From Candidatus Omnitrophota bacterium (GTDB lineage Bacteria > Omnitrophota > Gorgyraeia > 2-01-FULL-45-10): a DNA stretch of 64,000 bases. The stretch spans positions 108,078-172,077 of the forward strand of contig JAPLME010000006.1 of NCBI GenBank assembly GCA_026387175.1, written 5' to 3'. The notes beneath the pieces were generated by a model. That model saw only the letters and a program-made list of their open reading frames with translations, had not been told where the DNA came from and made no database searches. A program made the position numbers and the translations under genes. Every line of letters starts with the position of its first letter. Within the stretch, counting starts at the first letter, position 1. Positions 38,308 through 47,745 of this stretch are shown here, piece after piece.

Positions 38308-39626
38308 GCATCCTTGCCGCTGGTGTTGATTATTACAGCTATAACGGGCGAGGCCAATACCAGGAAGAACGGCGTGAAGAGGTCTCTGTGCCTGAATGCC
38401 GCGCCGATATTACCCTCTGCCATCGCATGAACGATCACGCCCGCAAACAGCATAATTCCGATCAAGATGGCCGCCCTTGTCTTGTCGCAGGCAAGCTTGA
38501 AATAACCGAAGACCGCGAGAAAAAGCACAAGATACCACAGGAGCATCTGAGGATAAGCTACGGCCCTCTCGCGGGACGTCATCTGCCACGGAAACGGCGT
38601 AAGCATAAAATAGGAAGTGCTCAGGAAAACCGACTTCAGGAATTCGGGCGGCGGCATCTTGCCGTTCTTTATCGACCTCATGAAATCATCCGAATAAAAA
38701 TGGTAACCCGCGTAGTCGGATTTCGCAATTGTAAACTGCTTCTCTTCACACGCCTGTATCAATTTGATAAGCGGTTTCGTGTTAACGGAAAAGAAGTATA
38801 CGCCGCCTGCCAAAAAAATAATTACCGTCATGGATAAGATAGCCATCCTCGATTTCATATTCAAAACGGTAAAAGCTCTTAACGCCACCGCTGCGGCCAC
38901 CCCTCCCAGGGCAAGCACGAAATGGAAGCGTTGAACGAAAAAATATAGAGTTACTATAGATAAAACCAGGACGCCATATTTCCATATGGCCATTCTGTTA
39001 TATATAAGGGCAACGCATATATAAACACAGACCATAAAAGAGAGTATGGTCAGGGAATCCTTAAGATTCGCGATGGACCACCGTATCAGGGACGGGTAAA
39101 ACATCGATATCAGCATAGCTATCCTGCCCGCCTTCCGGCCGAACAGCTCCTTTCCTATCAAGTATGACATCCACCCTATCAGGGTACCTATGATGCAATT
39201 TATGATCTTGACGGACATCGGATGGAAACCGAATACTTTATAAAAAAGCGCCATAATAAAAGTAAACGGGTTAACTCCGTACTCTAATGAGCCGCTAAGG
39301 TCCTGCACCCAGGAGTAAGGCTTCCCTTCCCATTTGAAGACGATCGCCCAGCTTCTGACGGTATAAAGCAGATCGTCCCCGGAGGTAGCTCCCTCGTATC
39401 CCTTGAGATAACTGAACGCATGCAGCGACATGGCTACGCCAAGGCGTATCAGGAAACCGGCTATAAGCACTGAAAGTATAAATCTCCTGTCCTCCAACGG
39501 CGCGTTTTTTAAGATAAGGTAACAGACCGACCCGAAGACAATTAAAAGAAATACCGCGCCGGTGAAAAAGAAGCTCGCAGTAGCAAGAGATATAGCGATC
39601 AAAACAACGTATAATTTATCTCTCAT
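38304..39626 (-). CDS. Polytopic membrane protein, GT-C/Wzy-like (polymerase or transferase)
   Basis: About 10 hydrophobic segments; GDD..Y, FYPS..WS...LKD, PFPW, GNIGAAFRHR. Confidence 0.6.
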   Translation of the reverse strand: MRDKLYVVLIAISLATASFFFTGAVFLLIVFGSVCYLILKNAPLEDRRFILSVLIAGFLIRLGVAMSLHAFSYLKGYEGATSGDDLLYTVRSWAIVFKWEGKPYSWVQDLSGSLEYGVNPFTFIMALFYKVFGFHPMSVKIINCIIGTLIGWMSYLIGKELFGRKAGRIAMLISMFYPSLIRWSIANLKDSLTILSFMVCVYICVALIYNRMAIWKYGVLVLSIVTLYFFVQRFHFVLALGGVAAAVALRAFTVLNMKSRMAILSMTVIIFLAGGVYFFSVNTKPLIKLIQACEEKQFTIAKSDYAGYHFYSDDFMRSIKNGKMPPPEFLKSVFLSTSYFMLTPFPWQMTSRERAVAYPQMLLWYLVLFLAVFGYFKLACDKTRAAILIGIMLFAGVIVHAMAEGNIGAAFRHRDLFTPFFLVLASPVIAVIINTSGKDA

Positions 39627-39633
39627 AAAGACG

Positions 39634-40593
39634 TTAGCCCCATAACTTTACGCCGAGCCTTCCCGTTAAATACCTGGCCCATCCCGCGAACATGGCGCAA
39701 TCTATGCTAAATATCAGGAACCCGGATATCACGGCATATGCCGGAACATTCATGAGCTTGAAATATGGCTCGTTGATGTTAATAAGTATTTTTTTTATCA
39801 CTCTTGCCGCAAAACCGATAACCGGTAAAATAAAAAATATGGGCGACATGAAAGCACCCAATAGGATGCAAATAAACACGGCGATATACATCTTTAATAC
39901 GGGTATGTGCCAATCTCTCGAGCGGCCGGCCCTCATATCATGATATGAGTAGCTGCAGAATCTCCGGATAACTCTCTTGAGGTTTTCCGGAATATCCCAT
40001 ATCACAAAGGCCTTCGGATTATATAAAACTTTGAACCCCTTATCTTCGACTCTCTCCATAAATATCCTGTCCTCCGCGGCCCTCAGGTCCGGAAAGGCCC
40101 CCACCCCTTCCCATACGGATCTCTTCATAAGCGAAGAGGCGATGAAGCGCGTTCTCATGCAAACGCCGTTCCTCGAGGTGAACGGCGGGACTACTGCTAT
40201 CGCCAGGCATTCCTTAAATAACGTATCGGTCCTCGGAAAATAGCTGCCGTATACTACATCGCAGGAGGCGTCCTTTTCCATAAAAGAATTTAGCTCTTTC
40301 AGCCAATCGTTATCGAGCTCTATTCCCCCATCGGTAAACGCGATCAGGTCATGCTTCGCCTCTTTGATGCCTGCGTTTCTTGCCTTGCCGGGGTAGGCCG
40401 GACCTATCGAAATGACCTTGACCGCAAGCTTATCGTCTTTACGTGTTTCTATCAGATACCGCGTCTTATCGGCCGATCCGGCGTCGATAAATATGACTTC
40501 GTCGGGGGATCTCGTCTGTCCGGCAATGGACGCAAGCAGCCTCGATATGCTGCGCTCTTCGTCTCTGACCGGGATAACTAATGAGATATTCAT
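39634..40593 (-). CDS. GT2 family glycosyltransferase with C-terminal TM helices
   Basis: SLVIPV.DE, DAGS, ARN.G, FTDGG, AED. Confidence 0.85.
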   Translation of the reverse strand: MNISLVIPVRDEERSISRLLASIAGQTRSPDEVIFIDAGSADKTRYLIETRKDDKLAVKVISIGPAYPGKARNAGIKEAKHDLIAFTDGGIELDNDWLKELNSFMEKDASCDVVYGSYFPRTDTLFKECLAIAVVPPFTSRNGVCMRTRFIASSLMKRSVWEGVGAFPDLRAAEDRIFMERVEDKGFKVLYNPKAFVIWDIPENLKRVIRRFCSYSYHDMRAGRSRDWHIPVLKMYIAVFICILLGAFMSPIFFILPVIGFAARVIKKILININEPYFKLMNVPAYAVISGFLIFSIDCAMFAGWARYLTGRLGVKLWG

Positions 40594-40599
40594 AGCTCT

Positions 40600-41664
40600 T
40601 TAAGTCCTGTGAGCTTCCTTTCTGTGTCCTTTAAATATATCCTCTATTATCCTGCTTACATCGTATTTGAACTGCCACGACGGATAGTGCTCCTTAAACT
40701 TCGAAACATCCGATATCCACCATATGTGGTCGCCTATCCTGTTCTTATCTACATATTCATAATTGAACTTTTTACCGCAGATCTTCTCGCATAGTTCTAT
40801 CGCCTCAAGCACCGAGCAATTCGAGAACCTTGAGCCACCCATATTATAGACCTCACCCTGGCGGGGCTTGAGATAGAAATGATAAAAGGCGTTTACGAGG
40901 TCTTGAGAGTGTATGTTATCGCGCACCTGTTTCCCTTTATAGCCGTAGACCGTATATCTCTTGCCTTCGATACAGCATTTTACCAGATACGCCAGAAAAC
41001 CGTGAAGTTCTGCGCCCGAATGAGCGGGCCCCGTGAGGCATCCGCATCTGAATGCGGCCGTATTGAGGCCAAAGTACCTTCCGTACTCCTGCACAAGCAT
41101 ATCCGCGGCGACCTTAGAAGCGCCGAACAGGCTGTGGAGGCAATTATCTATGCTCATCGACTCATCGATACCGTTATAATACTTGTGGTCCTTGCGTAAT
41201 TCGTAGCGTTTATCAAGCTCTACCAGAGGAAGCGAATTCGGGTTATCACCGTAGACTTTGTTCGTCGAAGTGAATATAAAAGCGGCCGCGGGAGCGAAGC
41301 GCCTGAAAGATTCAAGAAGCACCAATGTGCCATCGGCATTTATGCTGAAATCCGTATATGGATCGCGCGCCGCCCAGTCATGCGACGGCTGCGCCGCGGT
41401 ATGCACTATAAGGTCGAAACTGTATTCGCCAAACAGTTTCTCGATGGCGGACCTGTCCCTTATATCGGCATCATAATGGGTATAATCGGCGACCGTTTCG
41501 ATGAGCAGCTTCTTGTTCCAGTTAACAGAGGCCTCCTCTCCAAAGAACGACCTGCGCATGTCATTATCTACCCCGACTATCTTGAACCCTTTCTGAGAAA
41601 AAAACTTGACGCACTCAGACCCTACCAGGCCCGCCGAACCTGTGATTAGCGCTATTTTACTCAT
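40600..41664 (-). CDS. rfbE: NAD-dependent epimerase, CDP-paratose 2-epimerase (RfbE/Tyv)-like
   Basis: [44 protein letters not shown]. Confidence 0.75.
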   Translation of the reverse strand: MSKIALITGSAGLVGSECVKFFSQKGFKIVGVDNDMRRSFFGEEASVNWNKKLLIETVADYTHYDADIRDRSAIEKLFGEYSFDLIVHTAAQPSHDWAARDPYTDFSINADGTLVLLESFRRFAPAAAFIFTSTNKVYGDNPNSLPLVELDKRYELRKDHKYYNGIDESMSIDNCLHSLFGASKVAADMLVQEYGRYFGLNTAAFRCGCLTGPAHSGAELHGFLAYLVKCCIEGKRYTVYGYKGKQVRDNIHSQDLVNAFYHFYLKPRQGEVYNMGGSRFSNCSVLEAIELCEKICGKKFNYEYVDKNRIGDHIWWISDVSKFKEHYPSWQFKYDVSRIIEDIFKGHRKEAHRT

Positions 41665-41709
41665 ATTTTATGGCATCCCATTTCTCAAATTTCCTTATGT
41701 TTTCATATC

Positions 41710-41727
41710 GTTTAGAACGTTTTAAAC
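41710..41727. promoter_or_regulatory. Putative operator 2, inverted repeat GTTTA-N8-TAAAC
   Basis: GTTTA GAACGTTT TAAAC, 9 nt downstream of -10 box; 21/26 identity with operator 1 including flanks. Confidence 0.7.
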
Positions 41728-41736
41728 ATTCTGTGA

Positions 41737-41766
41737 ATTGTACCCTATTCACATACCGATTGTCAA
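41737..41766 (-). promoter_or_regulatory. sigma70-type promoter TTGACA-18-TACAAT upstream of the rfbE-like gene
   Basis: Minus strand TTGACA (41766-41761), 18 nt, TACAAT (41742-41737) in a 119-bp AT-rich intergenic gap. Confidence 0.75.
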
Positions 41767-41783
41767 CATGCTTTAATCTTGGA

Positions 41784-43169
41784 CTATGAGAAAAAGCATT
41801 TATTGCATATCGGGATCTTGCCATGCAGCATATTTTTGCGAAACCGCCTGTATTTCGGCGAGTTCCAGATATCCCTTATGGAAACATCTCGATCTATCTT
41901 CAATCCGTCCAAAAGGACCGTATTGAAGTCTATGCAGCATGGGGTGACGTTTCCGTTACACATGATTGAAATGGCCCTGTAGGCCCAACCGCACAAATTC
42001 TTTTTTCCTTCTATTATGGCTTTCTTATCCTTCTCGTTCAGCGTAAGGTCCTTTTGCAGCGGAGCTATCGAATATCCGTCCTCATCCGATAAACCGGTAA
42101 ATTCATGGAAAAAGCCTTTAAAGAGCAGCCTGTCCGCACCCAGCTCCTCCTTAAGCCTCTTAGCGCCTCCTTTCTGGCTCTCCGAATACCTTGTAAGGAT
42201 CATCTGGACGACTACCTCCGGCTTTAAGAGGCCCTTCTCCTTTTTTGCGGCGGTGAGGTTCTTTACAAATTCGAAGACAAGCTCAAAATTTCCGCCCTTC
42301 CTGAAGCTCTCGTATGCTGTCTTGTCCGTCCCGTCGACCGAAATACTGATCAGGTCCACACCTGTTCCTAACAGCCTGCGAACCAATTCTTTCGAGTCCG
42401 GTATATTGCCGTTTGTGTGCAGCTCTATGCGCGTGTAAGGAGATGATATCCTGCGCAGCTTTTTCAGGTAATCGATCATCTTATTATTCAAAAGCGGCTC
42501 GCCGAAGATGAAGGGATATATCGTGTCGAAATATCTGAAATTTATCCTGTTCTTTTCCGTTATATTGTCGAATAGCTCCTGCGGTATAAGCATCGGCGGC
42601 CTGTTAAGCTGCCCGAGGCCGGTAGGGCAACCCCTGCATTGCAGATTGCATATAGTGGTCGTCTCGATCGATATCTCCGAAGGGAACCCCAGGCTCACTC
42701 CCATCCTGAATCCCATCGAAATATGTATCAGTATCTTATTCACAAAAAAATAGAGCTTCTTCCGGAATGTTGCGAGAAATTGCCCCTTTGTTATGGCCCG
42801 CACTATCTCTTTGCTGCCGAAATCTATCATGAATATCTTTTTAAAGTTCATGAACAACAGCAGGAAAGCGGTATTAAGGCTGAAGCCGTAATCTATTATA
42901 GCGGCATCGAAGCCCATCCCTTTAAATATCTTCAATTGTTTCACAACTGAGGGTGCGCCTTTAGGCTCAAGGCTTGCCAGCTCAAGGACCGTTATTCCAA
43001 AGTCGTGATTTTTTGCCACATCTTCGGTGTTCGCGGTGATAAGCGTTATATCGTTTTCGGGAAAATATTTTCTGGCAACGGTTGCCGACGTATAGGCCCA
43101 GGAATAATTCGAAAAAAGGGCTATCTTCTTAAGGTTACTCATTTGCTCAGGGGCCTCCATGTCGATCAT
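41784..43169 (-). CDS. Radical SAM/twitch-SPASM enzyme with extra ~150-aa N-terminal domain
   Basis: CNLQCRGC, GEPLL, TNG, SVDG; C..GNVTPCC.D..IWN..CNKC. Confidence 0.85.
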   Translation of the reverse strand: MIDMEAPEQMSNLKKIALFSNYSWAYTSATVARKYFPENDITLITANTEDVAKNHDFGITVLELASLEPKGAPSVVKQLKIFKGMGFDAAIIDYGFSLNTAFLLLFMNFKKIFMIDFGSKEIVRAITKGQFLATFRKKLYFFVNKILIHISMGFRMGVSLGFPSEISIETTTICNLQCRGCPTGLGQLNRPPMLIPQELFDNITEKNRINFRYFDTIYPFIFGEPLLNNKMIDYLKKLRRISSPYTRIELHTNGNIPDSKELVRRLLGTGVDLISISVDGTDKTAYESFRKGGNFELVFEFVKNLTAAKKEKGLLKPEVVVQMILTRYSESQKGGAKRLKEELGADRLLFKGFFHEFTGLSDEDGYSIAPLQKDLTLNEKDKKAIIEGKKNLCGWAYRAISIMCNGNVTPCCIDFNTVLLDGLKIDRDVSIRDIWNSPKYRRFRKNMLHGKIPICNKCFFS

Positions 43170-44647
43170 TTTCCTTTCTTATTAAAGTATACCGATACGG
43201 CCTCGGCGCATCTCCTCGCCTCGTCCTTTGAAATAGTGAGCGCGATCCATCCCAGGCCGACTGCTATCTTTATAATAACACTGCCGATATTCACATCCGG
43301 TATGAAATATATAATTCCAAGAAATACCACGCTCTTCATGATCCGCGCGATATTATTCCCTGTTAATACAAATCCCGTGTCATACTTCGAATAGATCATG
43401 TAGACCGCCACAAGCATAAGATTCGTGAACGCGATAGACAGGTTAAGGCTGCGAAAACCGATTATGGAAAAATGTGTTAATGTCAGGTATGACAACAATA
43501 GCACCGCATTATATCCTATCGTCGAAATAAGTATAACCCCCTTAAACTGCTTTCGGGCCATCAGGGCCGTACTGAACATACAGAAGAGTATAAAAAATAT
43601 ATCTCCTATGGCCTGAATTGCCAGAAGATCATATGCTTTCATAAATTGCCCGGAAAACAAAATAAGGATGATATATTTCCTGAAGATGATACAGCCGGCC
43701 GCTATCGCCGTAGAAACAAGGACAGCAAACCGCACAAACTGGTTCAGCTCCCGGTTGATGTCCTTATTATCTTTTAAGGCGCACATCTCAGGATAGAAAT
43801 GCCCCCAGATGCCATTCGTCACAAAAGGAAGATAGTAAGCGCTTATACCATAAGCGACCTGGTAATATCCGTTCGCGTCCGCGCTATATTGTTTCATAAA
43901 AAGGCTTCTCAGGTAAAGAATAACGAACATATTAACGTTAGCCGGTATAAAAGATATGAGCCCGTATTTAAAAAGCTGCTTCGAAACCGCACGCGATTCT
44001 TTGTCCTTGAACAGTCCCCATCGGATCCTCGGCGCTAACGCTATCTTATTCTTGAGGAAATACGACGCCATGCCGAACCCTATAGCAGAAACTATAAGTA
44101 TCTGTACAAGCACCCCATCCACTCTGTAAAAGTAAACGGCCGCTATAAGAATAACGAGCGTTGCCACCGTATACCAGATCATCAGCTTCGTGTACTCAGC
44201 AATCTTTCTGAACCCGTAAAAAATAGGATCGGCCATGCCGATCATATATAGCGCAAGCGGAGTTACCAGGGTAATGCCCACAAAATATATCCAGTACCTG
44301 CTGTCCGAAAAAACGAATTTCGTAAGGTCTTTTGAAAAAGGCAATACCGCGGCTATGAGCAGTAAGGATGCCGCAAGTTGAAATGTACCGGCTGTATTGA
44401 TTATGAGCGGTATCTTATCTTCTCTCTTTTCCGCAATGCTTTCAGAGATATATTTAGTTATGCCCATACCCATATTAAGCGAACAGAATTGTATCGTAAG
44501 GCCGGAGTACATGAGGGCCTGGCTGATGACCCCGACGCCGGCAGGGCCCAGATAACATGCAAGAAATTTCGCCCGGATCGCGCCGGCGAATATCTTGACA
44601 AGCGTAGCTACGCCCAAAATCGAAGCGACCTTTAATATCCTTCTCAT
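43166..44647 (-). CDS. wzx: Wzx-type polysaccharide flippase (MOP superfamily)
   Basis: About 12 TM segments; RAKFLA..LGP.GVG, G.TKYIS, GYYQ.A..IS, IGD. Confidence 0.8.
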   Translation of the reverse strand: MRRILKVASILGVATLVKIFAGAIRAKFLACYLGPAGVGVISQALMYSGLTIQFCSLNMGMGITKYISESIAEKREDKIPLIINTAGTFQLAASLLLIAAVLPFSKDLTKFVFSDSRYWIYFVGITLVTPLALYMIGMADPIFYGFRKIAEYTKLMIWYTVATLVILIAAVYFYRVDGVLVQILIVSAIGFGMASYFLKNKIALAPRIRWGLFKDKESRAVSKQLFKYGLISFIPANVNMFVILYLRSLFMKQYSADANGYYQVAYGISAYYLPFVTNGIWGHFYPEMCALKDNKDINRELNQFVRFAVLVSTAIAAGCIIFRKYIILILFSGQFMKAYDLLAIQAIGDIFFILFCMFSTALMARKQFKGVILISTIGYNAVLLLSYLTLTHFSIIGFRSLNLSIAFTNLMLVAVYMIYSKYDTGFVLTGNNIARIMKSVVFLGIIYFIPDVNIGSVIIKIAVGLGWIALTISKDEARRCAEAVSVYFNKKGK

Positions 44648-45951
44648 ATGCTCATAAGGCTGTCATATATCGTCTTCTCATTCTCGATCGATCTTTCCCG
44701 CGAATAACCGGATACGGCGGCCTTGCGGCAATAATCGCCCATCGCGAGCCTGAGCGATTCATCCTTCAGGATATCGACGGCCTTTTCCGCCATGGTTCGG
44801 ACATCACGAAAAGGAACTATGTACCCCATCTTACCGTCTTCGAGGAACTCCCCGTGCCAGTCAAAATCATAAGTGACGATCGGCGTCGACGCGAGCGCTG
44901 ATTCCACCAGCGTAACGCCGCCATGCGGGGCGAGCAGGAGATCCGCCGTATAAAGAATATCGATAAGCTCTTCGTACTTCTTCGGTCCAAGGAAGATAAC
45001 GCTCTCCTGGAGCCCTTCCCGGCGGGCCATCTCCTTCAGCGGTTCCTCCAATATCCCTGAGCCGGCCACGAGGAGCACGGCGTCGCCGACCGATCGCCTT
45101 ATGATGGCGAGCGCCTTTAATGCGTCTTCAGGATATTTGACCGGATGCAGCCTGCCGACGTAAAGCAGGATCTTTTTATTATCCAGGCCCATCGCGCCTT
45201 TCAGGTCTTTTCTGGAATCCGGATCGCTGTAGTGCAGCCTCTCGACGCGGACTCCGAACGCCCTGTACTTCCTCAGGCTCCTTTTCGGGAAACTCGCCGA
45301 CTTTGAATAGAACTTCCTGTCCGCCATCACTATGTCATATGAATTTATTATGGCGGACTCGAAAAGCTTCTCCAGCCCTCTTGAAATGAATATGGGAGCC
45401 GACACCTTCCCCGTCCCCCGATACTTCATGCCGAAATCGGAGTTCATGTGCAGCACGCATGGAAGCCTGAACCATCGGGAGACCATAAGGCCGTTGAAGC
45501 CCAGGAGATGCGGGTCGTGCGCTTTAACGAAACTTATATTTTCACGCCGCGCTATCCGGAACGCCGCTGCCAATATCTTCAGCTCGGTGAAGAGCATGCT
45601 CATCATGGTAAATCCGGAATTATACAATGTATTGTCGGGATGCGCGGCCACACTGTAAAAAAATATCTTATCCTCCATCTTCTCGAACCTGTCATACCTG
45701 TTATTAAAATCCAGATAGATGTAGTGGTGCTTCGAAATATAACCGTTCAGGAGCGCATCCTCGAACATGCTCGAATATTTATTGCTTATGAGGTCGAATA
45801 CGGCGAATGAGAGCTCATTGACGGGCCCCGCGCCATGTCTTTTCTTCTTAAAAAAAGCGAGCGCGGCAAACGCTGCGGCCGTAATAATGCCGAAGATGAC
45901 GCCGAACAGGACAAATGCCGCCCTATCGCAGATCTGTATTACTCTCTTCAC
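44644..45951 (-). CDS. GT4 family glycosyltransferase
   Basis: YVGRLHPVK, AG.G, GVTLVESAL...PIV. Confidence 0.85.
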   Translation of the reverse strand: MKRVIQICDRAAFVLFGVIFGIITAAAFAALAFFKKKRHGAGPVNELSFAVFDLISNKYSSMFEDALLNGYISKHHYIYLDFNNRYDRFEKMEDKIFFYSVAAHPDNTLYNSGFTMMSMLFTELKILAAAFRIARRENISFVKAHDPHLLGFNGLMVSRWFRLPCVLHMNSDFGMKYRGTGKVSAPIFISRGLEKLFESAIINSYDIVMADRKFYSKSASFPKRSLRKYRAFGVRVERLHYSDPDSRKDLKGAMGLDNKKILLYVGRLHPVKYPEDALKALAIIRRSVGDAVLLVAGSGILEEPLKEMARREGLQESVIFLGPKKYEELIDILYTADLLLAPHGGVTLVESALASTPIVTYDFDWHGEFLEDGKMGYIVPFRDVRTMAEKAVDILKDESLRLAMGDYCRKAAVSGYSRERSIENEKTIYDSLMSI

Positions 45952-45954
45952 TCT

Positions 45955-46875
45955 TCAGCCCTTCTCGATTACCAGCCCTATAGAGTACCCGATATTTTTT
46001 ATCAATGGGAGGCCGCCGAGCCTGTCATTAAGATAGTGCGATCGGTGAGATAGAAACCTGACTACCGAAGTCCCCAGAATATCGAAAACCCCCAGCGGCA
46101 GTATCTGTGTGGAAAAAGTGTTCACCACTTTAAACCCGTTCCTCTCGAATAACTTTTTCCATGAACCCGGCGTATGCCTGAACATCTCTTCCATAAAACT
46201 TTTGTATGCGCCGTCCGGCCTCAACAATAACTGGTCTCTCAGCGCCGCGAGTTTATCCTGTGCGCAGGCGCTCTGAGGGCAGCCAGCGCCGCCCTGCGCG
46301 GCCGATACCGCTTTCGCATGGCCGCTCTTGAATATACGGGACAGGATCCGCTGTGCCGCATATTTATACTTCATAATGGGCGAGAAGACGCGCTCCATAA
46401 AATTTGGCACCACCATTATAATACGGCCATCGTCAGTCAGCACCCGGTGCATTTCCATAAGGGCTTTATCCTTATTCTTCACGTACTGCAGCGCGTACTC
46501 CGAGAATATGAGGCGGAACGATCCGTCCTTGAAGGGCAGCGTTTCAGCTGAACCCCCGGTGACATGCACATTTATGCTATTCAATCTCTTCACAAGCTCA
46601 TTAGCGGCCCCTATGCCCATCGAATGGCTCACAGGATCCTTGAGCGGCAAATCGAACGCCTCCACCCTCTTCGCCTTCTCGGACAGGAGCAAAGCCGTAA
46701 AACCGTTACCGCATCCTATCTCCAATACCGAATCGGCATCGCCGCATCCGGAAAAACGAAGTATCGTCCTTAACTCTCTCGCCTTGGATTCGAAATAGTC
46801 ATGCCACGGCTGAAGGTCGGAAGCCTCCGCCTTAGCCTTATAGAGCGTATCATCTATCCACTTATCGCTTATCAT
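45955..46875 (-). CDS. Class I SAM-dependent methyltransferase
   Basis: VLEIGCGNG, AETLPF.DGSF, VVPN. Confidence 0.85.
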   Translation of the reverse strand: MISDKWIDDTLYKAKAEASDLQPWHDYFESKARELRTILRFSGCGDADSVLEIGCGNGFTALLLSEKAKRVEAFDLPLKDPVSHSMGIGAANELVKRLNSINVHVTGGSAETLPFKDGSFRLIFSEYALQYVKNKDKALMEMHRVLTDDGRIIMVVPNFMERVFSPIMKYKYAAQRILSRIFKSGHAKAVSAAQGGAGCPQSACAQDKLAALRDQLLLRPDGAYKSFMEEMFRHTPGSWKKLFERNGFKVVNTFSTQILPLGVFDILGTSVVRFLSHRSHYLNDRLGGLPLIKNIGYSIGLVIEKG

Positions 46876-47743
46876 GGTGCCGCTCTTCTCGCATATCTAA
46901 AATATCCATCCAGACAACGCTCTCCCCGGACATCTGCAGCGCTTTGACATTGGACCATATATTACGACGATGCTTCGGCACGTCCCAGTCATGAAGCGGA
47001 AATACAAAGGACAGGCCTTCATCCTTATTCTTGTCCAGATATCGCGACAGGTGCCCTTTCATAATAGGAGCGGGCATAATCGGCCCGAATACGCTCTCTA
47101 TCTCGACTATATTCTTCGAAGGGGGAAGTATAAATTGCCTGCCATGCTCCGGAATGACCCCATCGTCCAGGTATCTCCCGCCGAAGGTATTGAGCTTCCC
47201 TTTCCTCACGGACAGATCCACTAATATGCCCGCGCGCTCCAGCTCAAGCACTATATCTTCCGTCAGGAACCACCATCCCCCTATATATATTTTCGGAGCG
47301 ATACCCATATCTTTGAGCCAGCCGGTCTCGGCCCTGATCTGAGCCCTTACAACATCTTTATCATAATTATCGCCGGATACTTGAGTCGGCCCATTCCGGC
47401 CCTCTAGATAAAAATGTCCGTGATACCCTATATCCGCGAATTTCGCAATATCGGCAATCCTCCGTCCTATAAGCTCCTGCGGCATCCCGATCCTGTCGAT
47501 AGCGATCTTGACCGCCGGACAATGAGGTGTGCTGACACAGACAGCTATCTTTTTTCCGGTGAGATTAGTAAAATCTCTTGAGAACCCGAGAAGCGTTCCG
47601 GAGATCTTCTCGTCATACAGCATCTCCGTATGTATGCAAAAATTTATTCGCGCGGGCGCCTGCCGGTGTGGAAGCCCTGGGTCCTTGAGATACCACCCGG
47701 CCTTGGTGAACTTATCCAGTAAAATCTCTTTGATCCCGGCCAT
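46862..47743 (-). CDS. Polysaccharide deacetylase (NodB/CE4-like) fold protein
   Basis: HTE, IGYHGH, GGWW, D.S, LHDWD motifs. Confidence 0.55.
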   Translation of the reverse strand: MAGIKEILLDKFTKAGWYLKDPGLPHRQAPARINFCIHTEMLYDEKISGTLLGFSRDFTNLTGKKIAVCVSTPHCPAVKIAIDRIGMPQELIGRRIADIAKFADIGYHGHFYLEGRNGPTQVSGDNYDKDVVRAQIRAETGWLKDMGIAPKIYIGGWWFLTEDIVLELERAGILVDLSVRKGKLNTFGGRYLDDGVIPEHGRQFILPPSKNIVEIESVFGPIMPAPIMKGHLSRYLDKNKDEGLSFVFPLHDWDVPKHRRNIWSNVKALQMSGESVVWMDILDMREERHHDKR

Positions 47744-47745
47744 AT

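Noticed and set aside
39789-39796. T8 and other A/T homopolymers (e.g. near 967, 42001) as phase-variation tracts
   Set aside because: Short Lys/Phe codon runs in intact frames; no long G/C tracts and no frameshifted genes seen.
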